DNA of 64,000 bases from NCBI GenBank assembly GCA_950097015.1, contig CATNEN010000001.1:25668001-25732000 (forward strand). The letters are read 5' to 3'. Positions 47,901 through 58,444 of this stretch are shown here, one piece after another (the first letter of the stretch is position 1; each line of letters starts with the position of its first letter). The notes under the pieces were generated by a model. That model searched no databases. It worked only from the letters and a program-made list of their open reading frames with translations, and was not told the DNA's origin. The position numbers were made by a program, and so were the translations under genes. Source of the stretch: Macrostomum hystrix. Taxonomy: Eukaryota > Animalia > Platyhelminthes.

Positions 47901-50900
47901 GGCCGATGCCATGCGGTGGACCGACGGAGATGAAATCTACGCAGTCCGTATGCGGCTGTTGCAGCAAAGCGAGATGGAAGTCGGTAGGGCTTCGCATGAT
48001 CTTCTTAAGTAACAGATACCGATATCATCACTTACCTTATGCCTCAGCAACTGCTGTCAAATTACCCACAGCTGCTGCTCACGACTCCAGCTGCTTCTCA
48101 GATGCAAGTTGCTCCTTGACAGACCACACGGTATGCAAGGCGCGACCCGGAAACTTCACTTTAGCCTGTCTCTGCCGCATAGGCTATCGGTGGCACAGAG
48201 GTCGCTGCAAGCCAGGTGTGAAAGCATGCCTGCACGATAAATTATTTTTGACGCAAAACCAACTTGTGAAAAAATTAAATGAATAAATTTTATTTTAGAA
48301 ATTAACATGTCAATCATGAGCTCCGCAATGCGGGCACTGCAGCTGGTCAGACACGAGCCGTCAATCGTGACGTGGCGGCTGTACCTCCGAGCTCAAAGCG
48401 GAGTCAGCGGATTTCCTCCCGCGGAACCGCCGAAGTGCAATCTCCGATTCCTTCTGAATAGCGCGGGCAACTCGAATGAGTCCCACTCTGAAATGCACGC
48501 TGTGTACCCCAGTAATGCTAGCGCTGGTTGGAGCATCGGGCAGGAGGCGGAAATTGTTCTCAATGGGTCCGTTCTCTTGCCATCGGGAAGTCGGTGCCTC
48601 GGTATCAACAGACTCTGTGTAACAGTTCTCGCCGATCTCGATGCCGACTTTGTGGAGGCCGATGACAGCGACAACAGGGCCTGCAGTCATTTTGCACCTA
48701 CTTGCCAGCCTGAAGTCGACGTGTCATTGCGGCTAAAACCAGTCCAGACTGCAGTCACAAGGGCTGTTCCTGCTCGGCTCTCTGTCACTGCGTCAGTGAC
48801 TGTTGAACTCAGCGCTTCTCACGACATAGCTCATGTGCAAGACAGTGACTCGAACTTTGTTATGAGTGCAGCGCTCACTCGAGCTGACTGCAGCAGCAAG
48901 ACCCCGAAGTGTGTAGCTGGACCAGAGATGACTCTGCGACTGCAGCTACTTGGTGGTCAGGAGACTATAACTAAGCAGGATGGAGTTGCAAAGGGCTCTG
49001 TGATGCTCGTTCAGTAAGTATGTTTTAAGTGGTAGTGAAAAGCATTTCATGCTTCACATGTATATCAATCATCAAGAAGTAGCTTCATTTTCTCACATTT
49101 TTAGAATCAACACAACAGAGCTTCAACTGAATCTAAGCACGTGTGAGGCTTCAAAGTACATCTGCATCATAGTAGAAGCTGGAATCAATGCCAGCTACAC
49201 AGATCTTAGACCGGAAAACAATACTCAATGCATTCCACTGATCTCGAACTGCACGCCCAAAGCCGATGTGAGGCTGGGCATGCCATCAGTCACTGTGGTG
49301 AATAGTAGCTGGCTATCTCAATATCCAGCTCTGCTTATTGTCAGGCACACACTATCATTGCAATCTGGAATTGCCGTGGAGTCACTGCCATCGAGCAGCA
49401 ATCGTACGAACTTCGAGCTCCGCTTGTTTTTGGCTAATGAAAACTCCACACTCCAAGTGTCAACTCTGATGCCATCATCGTGCGGGAATGCTGAAAAACA
49501 GCAGGGACTTGCAGGAAATGCCACTGTGACGTGTCGCCAATCATTTAATGTTTCCAAATTGGAGTGCCCAATGCTGACTCTATTGTGCTCAGCAGTTAAG
49601 CCCGGTTCAGGTGCCTCATACACTGAGTCGTCACCGGATAACAATGTCCGCTGTGATTCTCTCACTGATCGACTCCAGTGTACCGACTCCTCCATCGAAG
49701 ACTTCTCTTGCAAGGCGACACAGAAACCAATTTTGGCGTTTAATTCAACGCTATCGCTGACACTAGACTGGACATCAGGATCGGCAATTCGCACCAAAGT
49801 CACATTCGGCTCACTCGGCTCTGTTTTCTGGAGCTGGAATGCTGCGGGACACGTTCACAGCTTTGGCCCGCACCAGCAGTTCCTCTCATTCGACTTCACA
49901 GACAACGTTGGCATGTTCAACATCACATGCGAGGCCTGGAATGATGCTGGGCTTGCGACACAGGAGCTGCAGATAGAAGTGGTTCCTGATTTGTCATCAA
50001 TTTTGAGGCTGACTTTGCCGTCAATTTATCGCCCAGTACCCTTCAAAGAGAATCTCAGCTTCATGTTGCTTTTTGGAAGCAACATCTCTGCAACGAAGTT
50101 CTCGTGCGTACTCCACTTGGCTCATGACGAAGTAGAGCTCACCGATCTGTCCGTGAAGCGACACGAGTTTCTGAATGTGTCCGTGGACTTTCTAACTGAC
50201 GTTCCGTTTATTTTATTCAATGTTTCTTGCTGGAATGCTCTCTCAACGAGAAACGACTCATTCTACGTTGTCTTGCAGAAAAACGTTTCTGGGTTGCAAT
50301 TGGGGGTCTCGAAGCTGCTGCGCACAAACCAATTTGGTTTTCTGATTGTCTCTTTGGAGTCTGGCTCTCATGTGAACTTTCTAGTCAACTTTAGCAATGG
50401 AACAGTACTTGATGTGAATGCCAATCAATCATTGAAGTCTCCATCTCGGCTAAATTTGTCACTGTTATATTCCAATCCAGGAATTGAAAAAATCCAAGTC
50501 ATAGCAAAAAACTTTCATACCAATGTAATTTCATCTGCGCTGGTCACAGTTCAAGTACCCGTCCAACATCTGAAAGTATCTGCTCCTGTGTTTGTCAATG
50601 ACTCGTTGTCGGGCCTTGAGGCCAACGTCAGTCTTGCAAATCGACTACCCACAAATGCATCATGCAACGCCACTTTTGGTGGACAGAGAAAATCATGGTC
50701 GGTGGAATCGCTTGCAGTAAATTTGAACTTTGTATGCCAACAAGCCATCATGGCGAGACTATCGAATCTAAACGTCAGCTGCTGGAATCTGGTGAGCTTC
50801 GAAGAGATCATTGCACCTGTGTTCTGCCAGCAGAGCATTCGTGGAGCAAGGGTCACTGGGCCGCTGACCCATAGGGTTGGTCAGGAGTTTAGCCTGGCAC

Positions 50901-53900
50901 TGAGTCTTGAAAACGGATCAAACGTAGTCATTGTGATGCGTTTCGGAGATTCAAGTCAAGCCAATGTTACAATGCTTTTTGCTGATAAAATTAAGATAAA
51001 TCACACCTATTGGGTACCTGGAAACTACTCGCTAAGCTTGAGTTTTTATAACCAGGTGAGCAATCAAGAGTTAGCCTTTGGTCCAATAATTATTCAGGAA
51101 GTAATCGCTAGTATTGATGTTCGATATTCTGAAAAGGTTCTCTATACACCAGCAATCGTCAACTTTAGCTTAAGCGGACCTCCTTTTCGGAATGTCCATT
51201 GTCTGTTCAGCTTCCCTCGATTCGGCACAAGGTATGTCTATGTTCCCCAGCTCAACCAGACTATATTTTTCCAACGTAGCTTTCCACGAGAGGCAGTTGG
51301 AGTATGGAATTTCTCCGTCAACTGTTCGAACCTGGTGTCATCTTGGTCTTCAATCCTGCCCGTGTCAATCGAGTTGGACGCCGTTATAATCGAAAGTCTG
51401 CAGCCAAACGGCACCGCATTCTACTCTAATGCATCTCATTTGACCCTGAATATCGCCAGATTTGGCACCCATGGCTGTTTCGTAATCAAATTTGGAGACA
51501 ATTCTACTGCAAAGGCAGTCGGAGTCGCTGACCTTTGTGCTGAATATAGCACTCGAATCGGCGCGAATTTCACAGAAATTCCGTATGCCAAAAGATCGGT
51601 GCATCTTCAGCACACCTACCCAGCAATAGGTTCTTATCTGGCCACTGCCTTTGCATTCAACCATGTCAGCAATGATACTGCCCACTGTTCCATCATTGTG
51701 AACGACTGGTACTGTGAGCGACCCGTGCTCAACTTCACACTAAACGGAGCTCTGATCAATGAAACTGAGGCGAGCCTCGGCATAGACGTAGTGAGATCAA
51801 TAGACGCTGTCATAGAGGCACTGCCGATTCTTAACTGCTCGAAGACAATGCTCACAGTTCGCTCGTGGTCAGTTGTCGATGTCAATGGAAATGCGCAAAC
51901 TCACCTACTACTTTCTGACTCGTTTACCCTCAACTTATCAAAACTGAGTCTGTGGTACGGGCTGTACAAAGTGTCATTAAACGTCTCCATGTCGGGTGTC
52001 GAGCCACCAGTCTGGTCTCAATCGCACCTGTCCGTTCGTATCATCAAGACACCTATATTTGTGTCTCACATTGATGGTCCCGATACTGCGGCGTACAACA
52101 CCACCATCAGAATGTCGGTAACTAACACAACTCGGGACTATGACGTCCAGGAGCGAAACCTCACGGGATTCCGCTTCTACTGGGCGTGTTGGCGAATTTC
52201 TGCCCAAGACTCGCCTCCCTCACCAGAATCTGACAAACTGCTGCCGAACATCAGCGCGACTTCGACTGGGCGCGAACCTTTCCTTGGTTGCTTTGGCAAC
52301 GGAATCGGAATAATTCGCAGTGGCGATGCACTTGCGGCTGCGTCAGTGGCAATCAACACTTATCATATGCTACCGAATCATTCTTATGCTATTCGGGTCA
52401 CTGCACTGAAAGATAGTCGTGAGGTCACGGTTGTGATAAAAGTATATGTCCAGCTACAGTTGCCAGCTATTTTAGAGCTAAGGTGAGTCAGGCGAGTAAG
52501 TATGCAGCAAAATTTCTGCTATTTTCAAATAGTTTTCTTTTATGCTTTACTCGTACATTTCAGATGTCTTGAAAACTGCGGCAGAAAGGTAAAGGCATCT
52601 AATGAACTCCTCTTCGAGGTTGCTTGCACAAAGTTCTGCGGTACTAAATTCTCAAACGTCACCACTTCATGGACCATGAGACAAGAGTCCACCTCAAGTA
52701 TCCCAAGCAATGTGCACAGTGGAAACTATTCTGTCGTACGCATACCTGGCAACACTCTGCTTGAAGGCTCTCTGTATGTCCTAGCAGTGAAAGCCGAGTG
52801 CCAGTGGTGCATGAGACCTGCGCTGATGATCTCAGCAATCATTGTGAACATCGCGCCATCTGGGGGCAAGTGTACAGTCGATCCATTGCACGGATTCGCA
52901 ATGCAGACAAAGTTCCAAATATCCTGCTCCGGCTGGCAAGAGTTTAATGTCACAACCAATCAGCTGCATTACGAGTTTCGGGTGCGACAGAGAGGCAGTC
53001 GACGGAGCATTTTGCTTTTCAGCAGCTCGGCACCCACCTCTCCATTCGTCTACTTCCCAGTCGGGTCTGAGACGGATGAGTTCAGGGAAGAGATTGTCGT
53101 TGTTGTCAACGATCGTCTTGGTGACTCTCGAACCTTTGTGTTTGAAGTTCAGGTAATAACACATAAATATTTCTGTGTTGTTACATTTTTCCATAATTGC
53201 AAAAACGGAGTGCCCTATTCGCAGGTGTTCCCGCCAGCTGTGTCAGCAGATCAACTTGTGAGCAACATCAGCTCCATTTTGCATGGCGAAAATGACGAGC
53301 TAACAAAATTCTTGGACAATGGTGATCAGCAGGCGGCATCCACAACGCTCATCTGTGTGGCTTCTGTAATGAACTCGAAAAATGAGGATGCCGAAGGTGT
53401 CAATGCGAGTCTGTCCCTGAGAGAAATGTTCAACGAGCAAATGACTCAAGTAAGGTGTAGTTTCTTAACCGAATAGAAAGGCCAATTTATCCCAACAAAC
53501 AACTAATAGAGCATCGCTATCCCACCTTTGATTCAGCTCAGGACTCGGTATTTCAGTATCATAAGTAATTTTTCGGTAAACTCGACAGCCTCTCTTGAGC
53601 AGACTAATGAGCTGCTACGAAATGGAGCTGCCGAGAAACGGGTGGCTCAGCTTGACACTGATGCACAGGTATTTACTGTTTTATCTTAGAGCGCTCTCTT
53701 TATTGGTTGTCTGGTATCGAAGTATCGAAGCTAAACGCGCATTTTATTTCGCCTGATTATCTTCAAGGGTGTGAGTTCTGGAAAGCTTCAAGAACTTTCC
53801 AAGAAGTACACCGCGATGAGAGCAGACCTGTCAGCTGATGGACGAGCACTGATGGCGGAAGGTAACTGATTTAGTAATGCTTATTGTAATTTTTCTTATA

Positions 53901-56900
53901 GTCCAAAGAGCTGCGGTCTGATAACTTCCAGACCTTATTTTTACCGGCTCAAACATCTGGCTGGCTTCGGATTTATCCATGAGAGCAGCCGAATCCGCCG
54001 TCAACAACAGCAGCTCCTTGACTTGCAACAACAGCAACAGCCTCATAGAAACAAGACGGAAGCTGCAATCAGTGCTGGAAAGAGCTGTCGACGCAATAAA
54101 CAGTGTTACTGAAGACTTGATCAGGGACGTGAGTCACTATGAAATCACCAACAACTGGATCTCGGCAGCAGGCAATCGAGGACACAACTTGAGCTTCGAT
54201 GCACCGCATGGGAGTGTGAGGCTCGCTGAGCCACCAACAAGTGGCTGCAGCGGAGGCATCAAGGCTCTTCTGTCCCGCAAGAATCCGTTTCTGTGGCAGG
54301 AATCGTCAGCCTCAGTGGCATCTAGCGTGCTCACAACAACTCAAGCGTTTTGTACACACCCAAGCTTGAACTCTTCATCGCGGCTTAGACGCTCAGCAGC
54401 ATCCGAGGCGTTCACTGCTTCGCTGCCTGTAGCAGAACCAGAACCCTTCACTGTGAATGCAACCCCAACTGACAGATGGCTGCAGATTATACATTCATTT
54501 CGTGTGACGAGCAACGAGTATGTCATTATATCACTGCAGCCGCTGGTTCCTGGCCACGTAATGGACATGTATGTCGGATCTGAAGTACCGCCAACACCAG
54601 AGAGACACTTTGCCAACTTCACGTCACCAACTAACGACTCAACCAATACACGTCAGACGACAAGGTTTCTTGTGCCCAAAGCTGTTCTCAATGCATCAGT
54701 CACCAACTTCATAAGCGTCAAGCGCCACGGGTGCTCCAGGGAACTCAGCGGTCGCCTAACCTGTCCGGATGCCTCGGTGATGTATAATTTTTCGTTGATT
54801 GAGCTGTCCTGCAGGCACTGGGATGTGCTTACTAGCACGTGGACTTCACTTGACTCTGGAAGTTGTAATCTAGCTGCAGAGAAACCCGATCTAAATAGAG
54901 TTTCAATTCGATTCAATTTGCTCGGCAGCATAGGAGTAGGCCTTAGTATCTCGCCTAACCTAATCGACTTTGGCAGTTTGTTCAACAACTGGCAGGGCAA
55001 GCTGGCGGACAGTGTGGCTGTTGTTGCCACCGTGGTCACTCTGTGGCTCATTTTCATTCCTATCAGCGTCATTCTGAGACGGGCTGATGCGGCAGACAGA
55101 GTTATGGTGAGTTTTTCAGTAAGATTGGCCATTTTGAATACGTTTAAGCGTCTCACGATTTTGATCCCGGAACTTCCACATTCTACTCATAGTTCGTATA
55201 CGAGCCTCTAATTGACGATCAAAATCTGGAGCACATTTATCTTCTCGAAATTTTCAACGGCAGAAGTCAGTGCAGAGTTCTTCAAGTCTGCATGACTGTG
55301 ATTGGCACAATGGGTACTGAGACTTCTAGAGTGCTCGACGATGGAATCCGACAGGTTCGATTTCAAAAGCTCTTATATGACGAGTCAAAGCAGAAGCAGC
55401 AACTGGCTTTCGAAACCCATAAATCAGAATTTTCAGATCGGCGCCATCGATCGATTTCGCATGACATCTCGTCGAAATCTGGGAGACATCGTCGAACTGC
55501 AACTGCGAATGACGGCAGTTCAAGAAGAATTGGAAACTTGGATGCCTACCAAAATTGTCATTACCGACACAGCGTCCGATGCAATGTATGACTTTTTTCA
55601 CGACTTTACACTCACTGTCCATTAAAACATTTAAGCTCATAGTAAAGCTTTCAGTGTTTATCCACCCACCAGGTACTTCTTTGTACCGGACAGCCCGCTC
55701 ATCGGAGACGGTCAATCCACGAGTCTCTTCCTAGCATCCAAGGATGACCTGATGTGCTCTCCTGGATTTATCCGGCACAACCTCGGTAGGAAGCTCGAGG
55801 ACGAGCACCTCTGGGTATCCATAATGAAGCGGTCCACAGACACAAATTTCTCTAGGCTACAGCGCTTTACAGTCTGCGTCAGTGCACTTTTCATCACTAT
55901 GGTGACGAACGCGATGTTCTTCGGAGTGGGCGATGCCATTTCAGCAGGCCAGCCAGATATTGTGATCGGTCCGCTGACAATGTCAGTCGGCACTCTAATT
56001 GTCTCAGTGATGAGCGCTCTAATTGTAGTTCCAGTTACAGCTGCCATCACGCTCATGTTTCTAAAGTCAAGGCGACGTGTCAAGGGCTCTCAAGAAACGA
56101 ATCCACAAAGCTCTGAGAGACAAAGAATCTACACCGCCTGTGAGGTAAGATGACGATTTACCCATGAACTTATTAATTCCAACGGCTAACAAGAAACATT
56201 TTTGTAGACCCATACCGGAGACTCAGCTTCTGTCTGGAACAACATCCAATGTACACCACTGCAGCCTCCCCAAGAGCGTAAGATGCCTTTCCAGTTGCCT
56301 CACTGGTGCCAATTCGTTGGCTGGTTTATCGCCATCAGCACCATCATCGCATCTGGAGTATTCATCATGTTTTATGCAATGGAATGGGGTCGGGAAAAGT
56401 CACAGCGGTGGCTCCTTTGCTTTGCTCTCACGTTTCTGGAAACGGCACTTCTCATTCAGCCCATAAAAGTCATCCTAATAGGCTTAGTTAGCGTGCTTCT
56501 GCTTCGCAAGGACAGCGACTTAAAAAGTGCCACAAGCGTCCGAGTCATGAAGACCAACGACGATGACAACTCATGCAAGTGAAGCCAAGGTTAATTCGCT
56601 TACGTACTCGTAGACCCTCAATGCCTTCATGAAATTCAGTAAGAGTCATTTGGAAGGCGGAAAATTTCGTCTTTTATTACTCATATTACTCGTAGTTAAA
56701 CGAAAGATGAAATTTTCAGCTTTCCAGCGACTCCAAACTTGTTGGGTTTCATACCGGCTTTTTGGACACAACTCGTATATTCATAATGATCATGACTCTA
56801 GATTGTGAAAAATATCAATTCGATTATTCATTTCAGACGAAATTGTGTATCTCAATGAGATTCAAGGAGAACCACAGCCCGAAAAAATGGCAGTGATCTG

Positions 56901-58444
56901 CTCAGGACTGCAAACAGGTCTCAGCTGCCTGGAATTTATCTTGCTTTGCCTTGCGTGTGCCGGTGCTGTGGACAATCGAGCCTTCCAGTTGCACAACAGC
57001 CTCTTAAACCACCTCAACGTCAGCGTTCTGCGGTCCGCCAACACCGCCAAATCCGTGTTGCCTCTTCTCTCCGAGTCTTTGCTGCCTGCGCTCTCTCCGC
57101 AATCTGTCCGCCCCGGCTTCATCAGCGACGATGCCGGATTTTTGCTTGGAACTCTTCGGTTGAGCCGAACTCAAGCTGACAGGACCGAGCTGCGGACCGT
57201 CAGAGCGTTGTCTAGCTCTAGCACCAACACCTCTCACCTCGCAATCGAAGACACGGTTGATTTTCCGACTGGCAGGAACTGGTCGATTGCGAAGTTGCGG
57301 ACGCTCGTAGAGCTCAATTGGTTGAATTCTGACACGCGACAGGTGAAGATGGAGCTGAATCTCTTCTACCCAGACGCTGGCTTGTTCACTTATGCCGTAT
57401 TCACTTTCAACTGCAAGTCGTTCGGAGGTTGCGAGTTTAGCTGGAAAATGTACTCAGCGCCACTCAGTCGCTACATCGGAACAGTTGGCGTTGTTCACCT
57501 CTGCACTGACTGCCTTGCCGCATTAGTGACCATAGTGTGCATTGGAGCCTCAATCTTCGCAGCTCGGTCTCTTGGAATGAAAGTCTTTGTCACCTCGGCC
57601 TGGAACATCCTGGCTTTGACGGCTTTTCTGCTCGCCATGGCAGCCTGGATCTTCCTTTTGCTTCGCTGTTTGGCTTCAACGAGCGTTTCCAACCTGCAGT
57701 CTGTGATGCGGCTTGACCAGCAGTTCTCCAGCTGTCTAGCTGTAGCCACTTTCCTGCTTCAGCTGAGACTGCTGCAGCTCGCTCGACTCACTCGGCAGCT
57801 CAGACACCTGGTCGTCACCGTCACCTGCTGTGTGTCACAGCTGGCCGCATACCTCTGTTCATTGGCCCTGATCTTCGCTGCATTCGTCTGCCTGTTCCAC
57901 CTGTCTCTAGGCTCGCAGCTCCGCCAGTTCAGCTCAGTTTCTGCCACACTGCAGCACCTGTTCAGCGCTGCTCTCGGGGCCTCCGCCTTTCGCAACCTTT
58001 CGCAGCAGAGCTTCCTGGATCGGCTTTGCTACCTCGTGTTCGTCTGCTTCCTCAACTTTGTCCTGGTGAACATCTTCGTGGCGGTCATTAACAATGGTAT
58101 CGTGCTTGGAAAGTCGACTTCAATCAGTGACGACCCAGATGTCCAGGTGGCCAGCTTCCTACTCCAGAGGCTTCGCGCTCTAGTCGCACCTCGAAGACTT
58201 CGGCCCATACGGCTAAAAACTATCGGTGTGTTTGTCTGACTATTAAAACATTTCTTCTGACTTCTCTAATTCTGATCCGCATCTTCACAAACAATTTAAC
58301 TAATTTGCCTCTTCTGCAGACCCAAGCAGGCAGCTGTGTTCCTCGATCAACCGACTCACGGCAGCTGTCTCTAGCCTCACGGGGCCTGGCTTTTATGCAC
58401 TCGAGCCGGAAACCAGAAAAATAGTTATTCGCGACTCGTCCTGA
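22993..58444 (+). CDS. Giant polycystin-1/PKD1L/REJ-like receptor-channel subunit, about 70 exons, roughly 7,000 aa (hand estimate)
   Basis: Signal-peptide exon 22993-23092, then a chain of short GT-AG introns (phase checked at many but not all junctions). Ends in PKD repeats, REJ, GPS-like region, TM1, PLAT, HLWVS...FSRLQRFTVC..LF..M..NAMFFG (PKD1L signature) and a 6-TM channel domain (NFVLVNIFVAVIN). Last exon 58320-58444, AATAAA at 58588. That the 5' lectin part and 3' polycystin part form ONE transcript is an inference. Confidence 0.72.
23124..23490 (+). mobile_element. SINE family B copy (well preserved), plus a head fragment at 23545-23605
   Basis: A box TGGCAGAGCGG, B box AGTTCGATTCC, (ATT)n tail. 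Confidence 0.9.
25483..26675 (+). CDS. C-type lectin-like domain 1 of the polycystin-like gene (exons 25483-25651 and 26459 onward)
   Basis: CPVGW..H..SC.....SWDQARDFC...L / LFVG...WRWTDGS...C...VSC..KLEFVCQ. Confidence 0.88.
25679..26412 (+). mobile_element. hAT-like MITE with 16-bp minisatellite
   Basis: Left TIR CAGGGGTCGGCAA, right end TTTACCGAACCCAG, imperfect TSD AGCTAATT/AGGTAACT. Confidence 0.85.
27810..28087 (+). CDS. WSC domain exon of the polycystin-like gene
   Basis: YLGCFND...TVSVCARAC..YQYFGTQWFSHCFCGN.Y...DSQCN.RC...MCG......VY is a complete WSC cysteine pattern. Confidence 0.9.
28135..28375 (+). mobile_element. SINE family B copy (internally deleted)
   Basis: CGATTCCGCGGCGAGGCCAC and GAGTCAGCGGAATGGGCAGAAT segments. 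Confidence 0.8.
29531..31530 (+). CDS. Tandem discoidin/F5-8 type C-like modules (several exons)
   Basis: RPELRWMLYGC ending, SITGIVVRG...YVASFRVKY and LLKLQW-type strands; divergent. Confidence 0.6.
31980..32507 (+). CDS. C-type lectin-like domain 2
   Basis: CPVNF....ICFH......WDSALRMC...L / LHIG...WEWLDG......W...FMCQ. Confidence 0.85.
32577..32938 (+). mobile_element. SINE family B copy, followed by a degenerate family A copy (32950-33195)
   Basis: Homology to the other copies. Confidence 0.88.
34412..35322 (+). CDS. F-type lectin (fucolectin)-like domain 1 (exons ~34412-34620 and 35082-35322)
   Basis: NLAIGRPT...LADG...LLVDL...V..V / VCG...LPC....GRYV...LRFASLHVYG. Confidence 0.7.
36409..37017 (+). 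mobile_element. hAT-like MITE with 16-bp minisatellite
   Basis: CAGGGGTCGGCAAAC left TIR, GTTTGCCGGCCGCTA degenerate right end; no clear TSD. Confidence 0.8.
37305..38581 (+). CDS. F-type lectin-like domain 2 (exons 37305-37544, ~38250-38384, 38493-38581)
   Basis: LSQGQ...SS...LAADGD...CY...WWQLNLG....I..I ... LALCEFEIYG. Confidence 0.75.
37552..38198. repeat. 17-bp minisatellite (CTAACAAATACTTGTGG)n, about 38 units, intronic
   Basis: Direct reading; mainly A/G variation at one position. Confidence 0.97.
39028..43479 (+). CDS. Further F5-8C modules and C-type lectin-like domain 3 (40347-40875)
   Basis: WLEVWL....ITGLVMQG...YVSRL, LRLELLG, EWLMVSF, LFAVATRG..NYVRNF...LRLDILG; CPIGS....KCY ... 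YEWWDGS...WNNW..GE...C...WMD.GC....FLCE. Confidence 0.8.
41901..42246 (-). mobile_element. SINE family B copy (inverted) with (TAA)n tail
   Basis: Reverse-complement homology. Confidence 0.9.
43645..44615. repeat. G/T-rich 12-13-bp degenerate minisatellite (GGGGTTAGTGATG)n
   Basis: Direct reading; includes an internal duplicated block. Confidence 0.93.
44687..45193 (+). CDS. C-type lectin-like domain 4
   Basis: CPVNYMYFRGRC......ARGLC...LA ... WV......WQQWAVGSP...ECA......W.SSACN....TICE. Confidence 0.85.
45516..46120. mobile_element. Foldback-type MITE with subterminal tandem repeats
   Basis: Perfect TIR GGTTTACTCCCGATTCGCC / GGCGAATCGGGAGTAAACC; identical flanking duplication GCTGTAGA (45508-45515, 46121-46128); GGCGAATC repeats inverted in the two arms. 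Confidence 0.9.
47395..47983 (+). CDS. Fibrinogen-related (FReD) domain within the polycystin-like gene
   Basis: C.GNWLVV.......NRS...YSGGF...W.GL..M..L....LRVD...Y..C..F.L..E..GF...V...GG......NG.RFST.D...GSGWWF follows the fibrinogen C-terminal motif order. Confidence 0.8.
48072..48215 (+). CDS. EGF/EB-like Cys-rich exon
   Basis: SCFSDASC....VC.......CLCRIGY.....C. Confidence 0.7.
49690..53152 (+). CDS. PKD repeats and REJ module
   Basis: Repeated G...F.D/G...H.Y..PG.Y....A.N.VS units; CLENC; APSGGKCTVDP..GFAM.T.F.ISCSGW; FPVG...V.V.D.LG. Confidence 0.92.
53902..56578 (+). CDS. GAIN/GPS-like region, TM1, PLAT/LH2, TM2-5
   Basis: CRHWD...W....SC...PN.IDF; RRAD..D; FQ.GA.D.F......LG.I..L; HLWVS..RS..FSRLQR; LPHWC...GW...YAMEWG.EKS..WL...E..L.QP.KV. 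Confidence 0.92.
56837..58225 (+). CDS. Polycystin cation-channel domain (divergent, short TOP loop)
   Basis: L.ELNWL...TR.V..E..L.YP...LF; FGG; S.WN.L; AF..LF.L.LG..L..FS; Y.VF...NFVLVNIFVAVIN. Confidence 0.9.

Noticed and set aside
49318-57995. Minus-strand ORFs overlapping the polycystin exons
   Set aside because: Antisense shadows of long coding exons with no recognisable motifs
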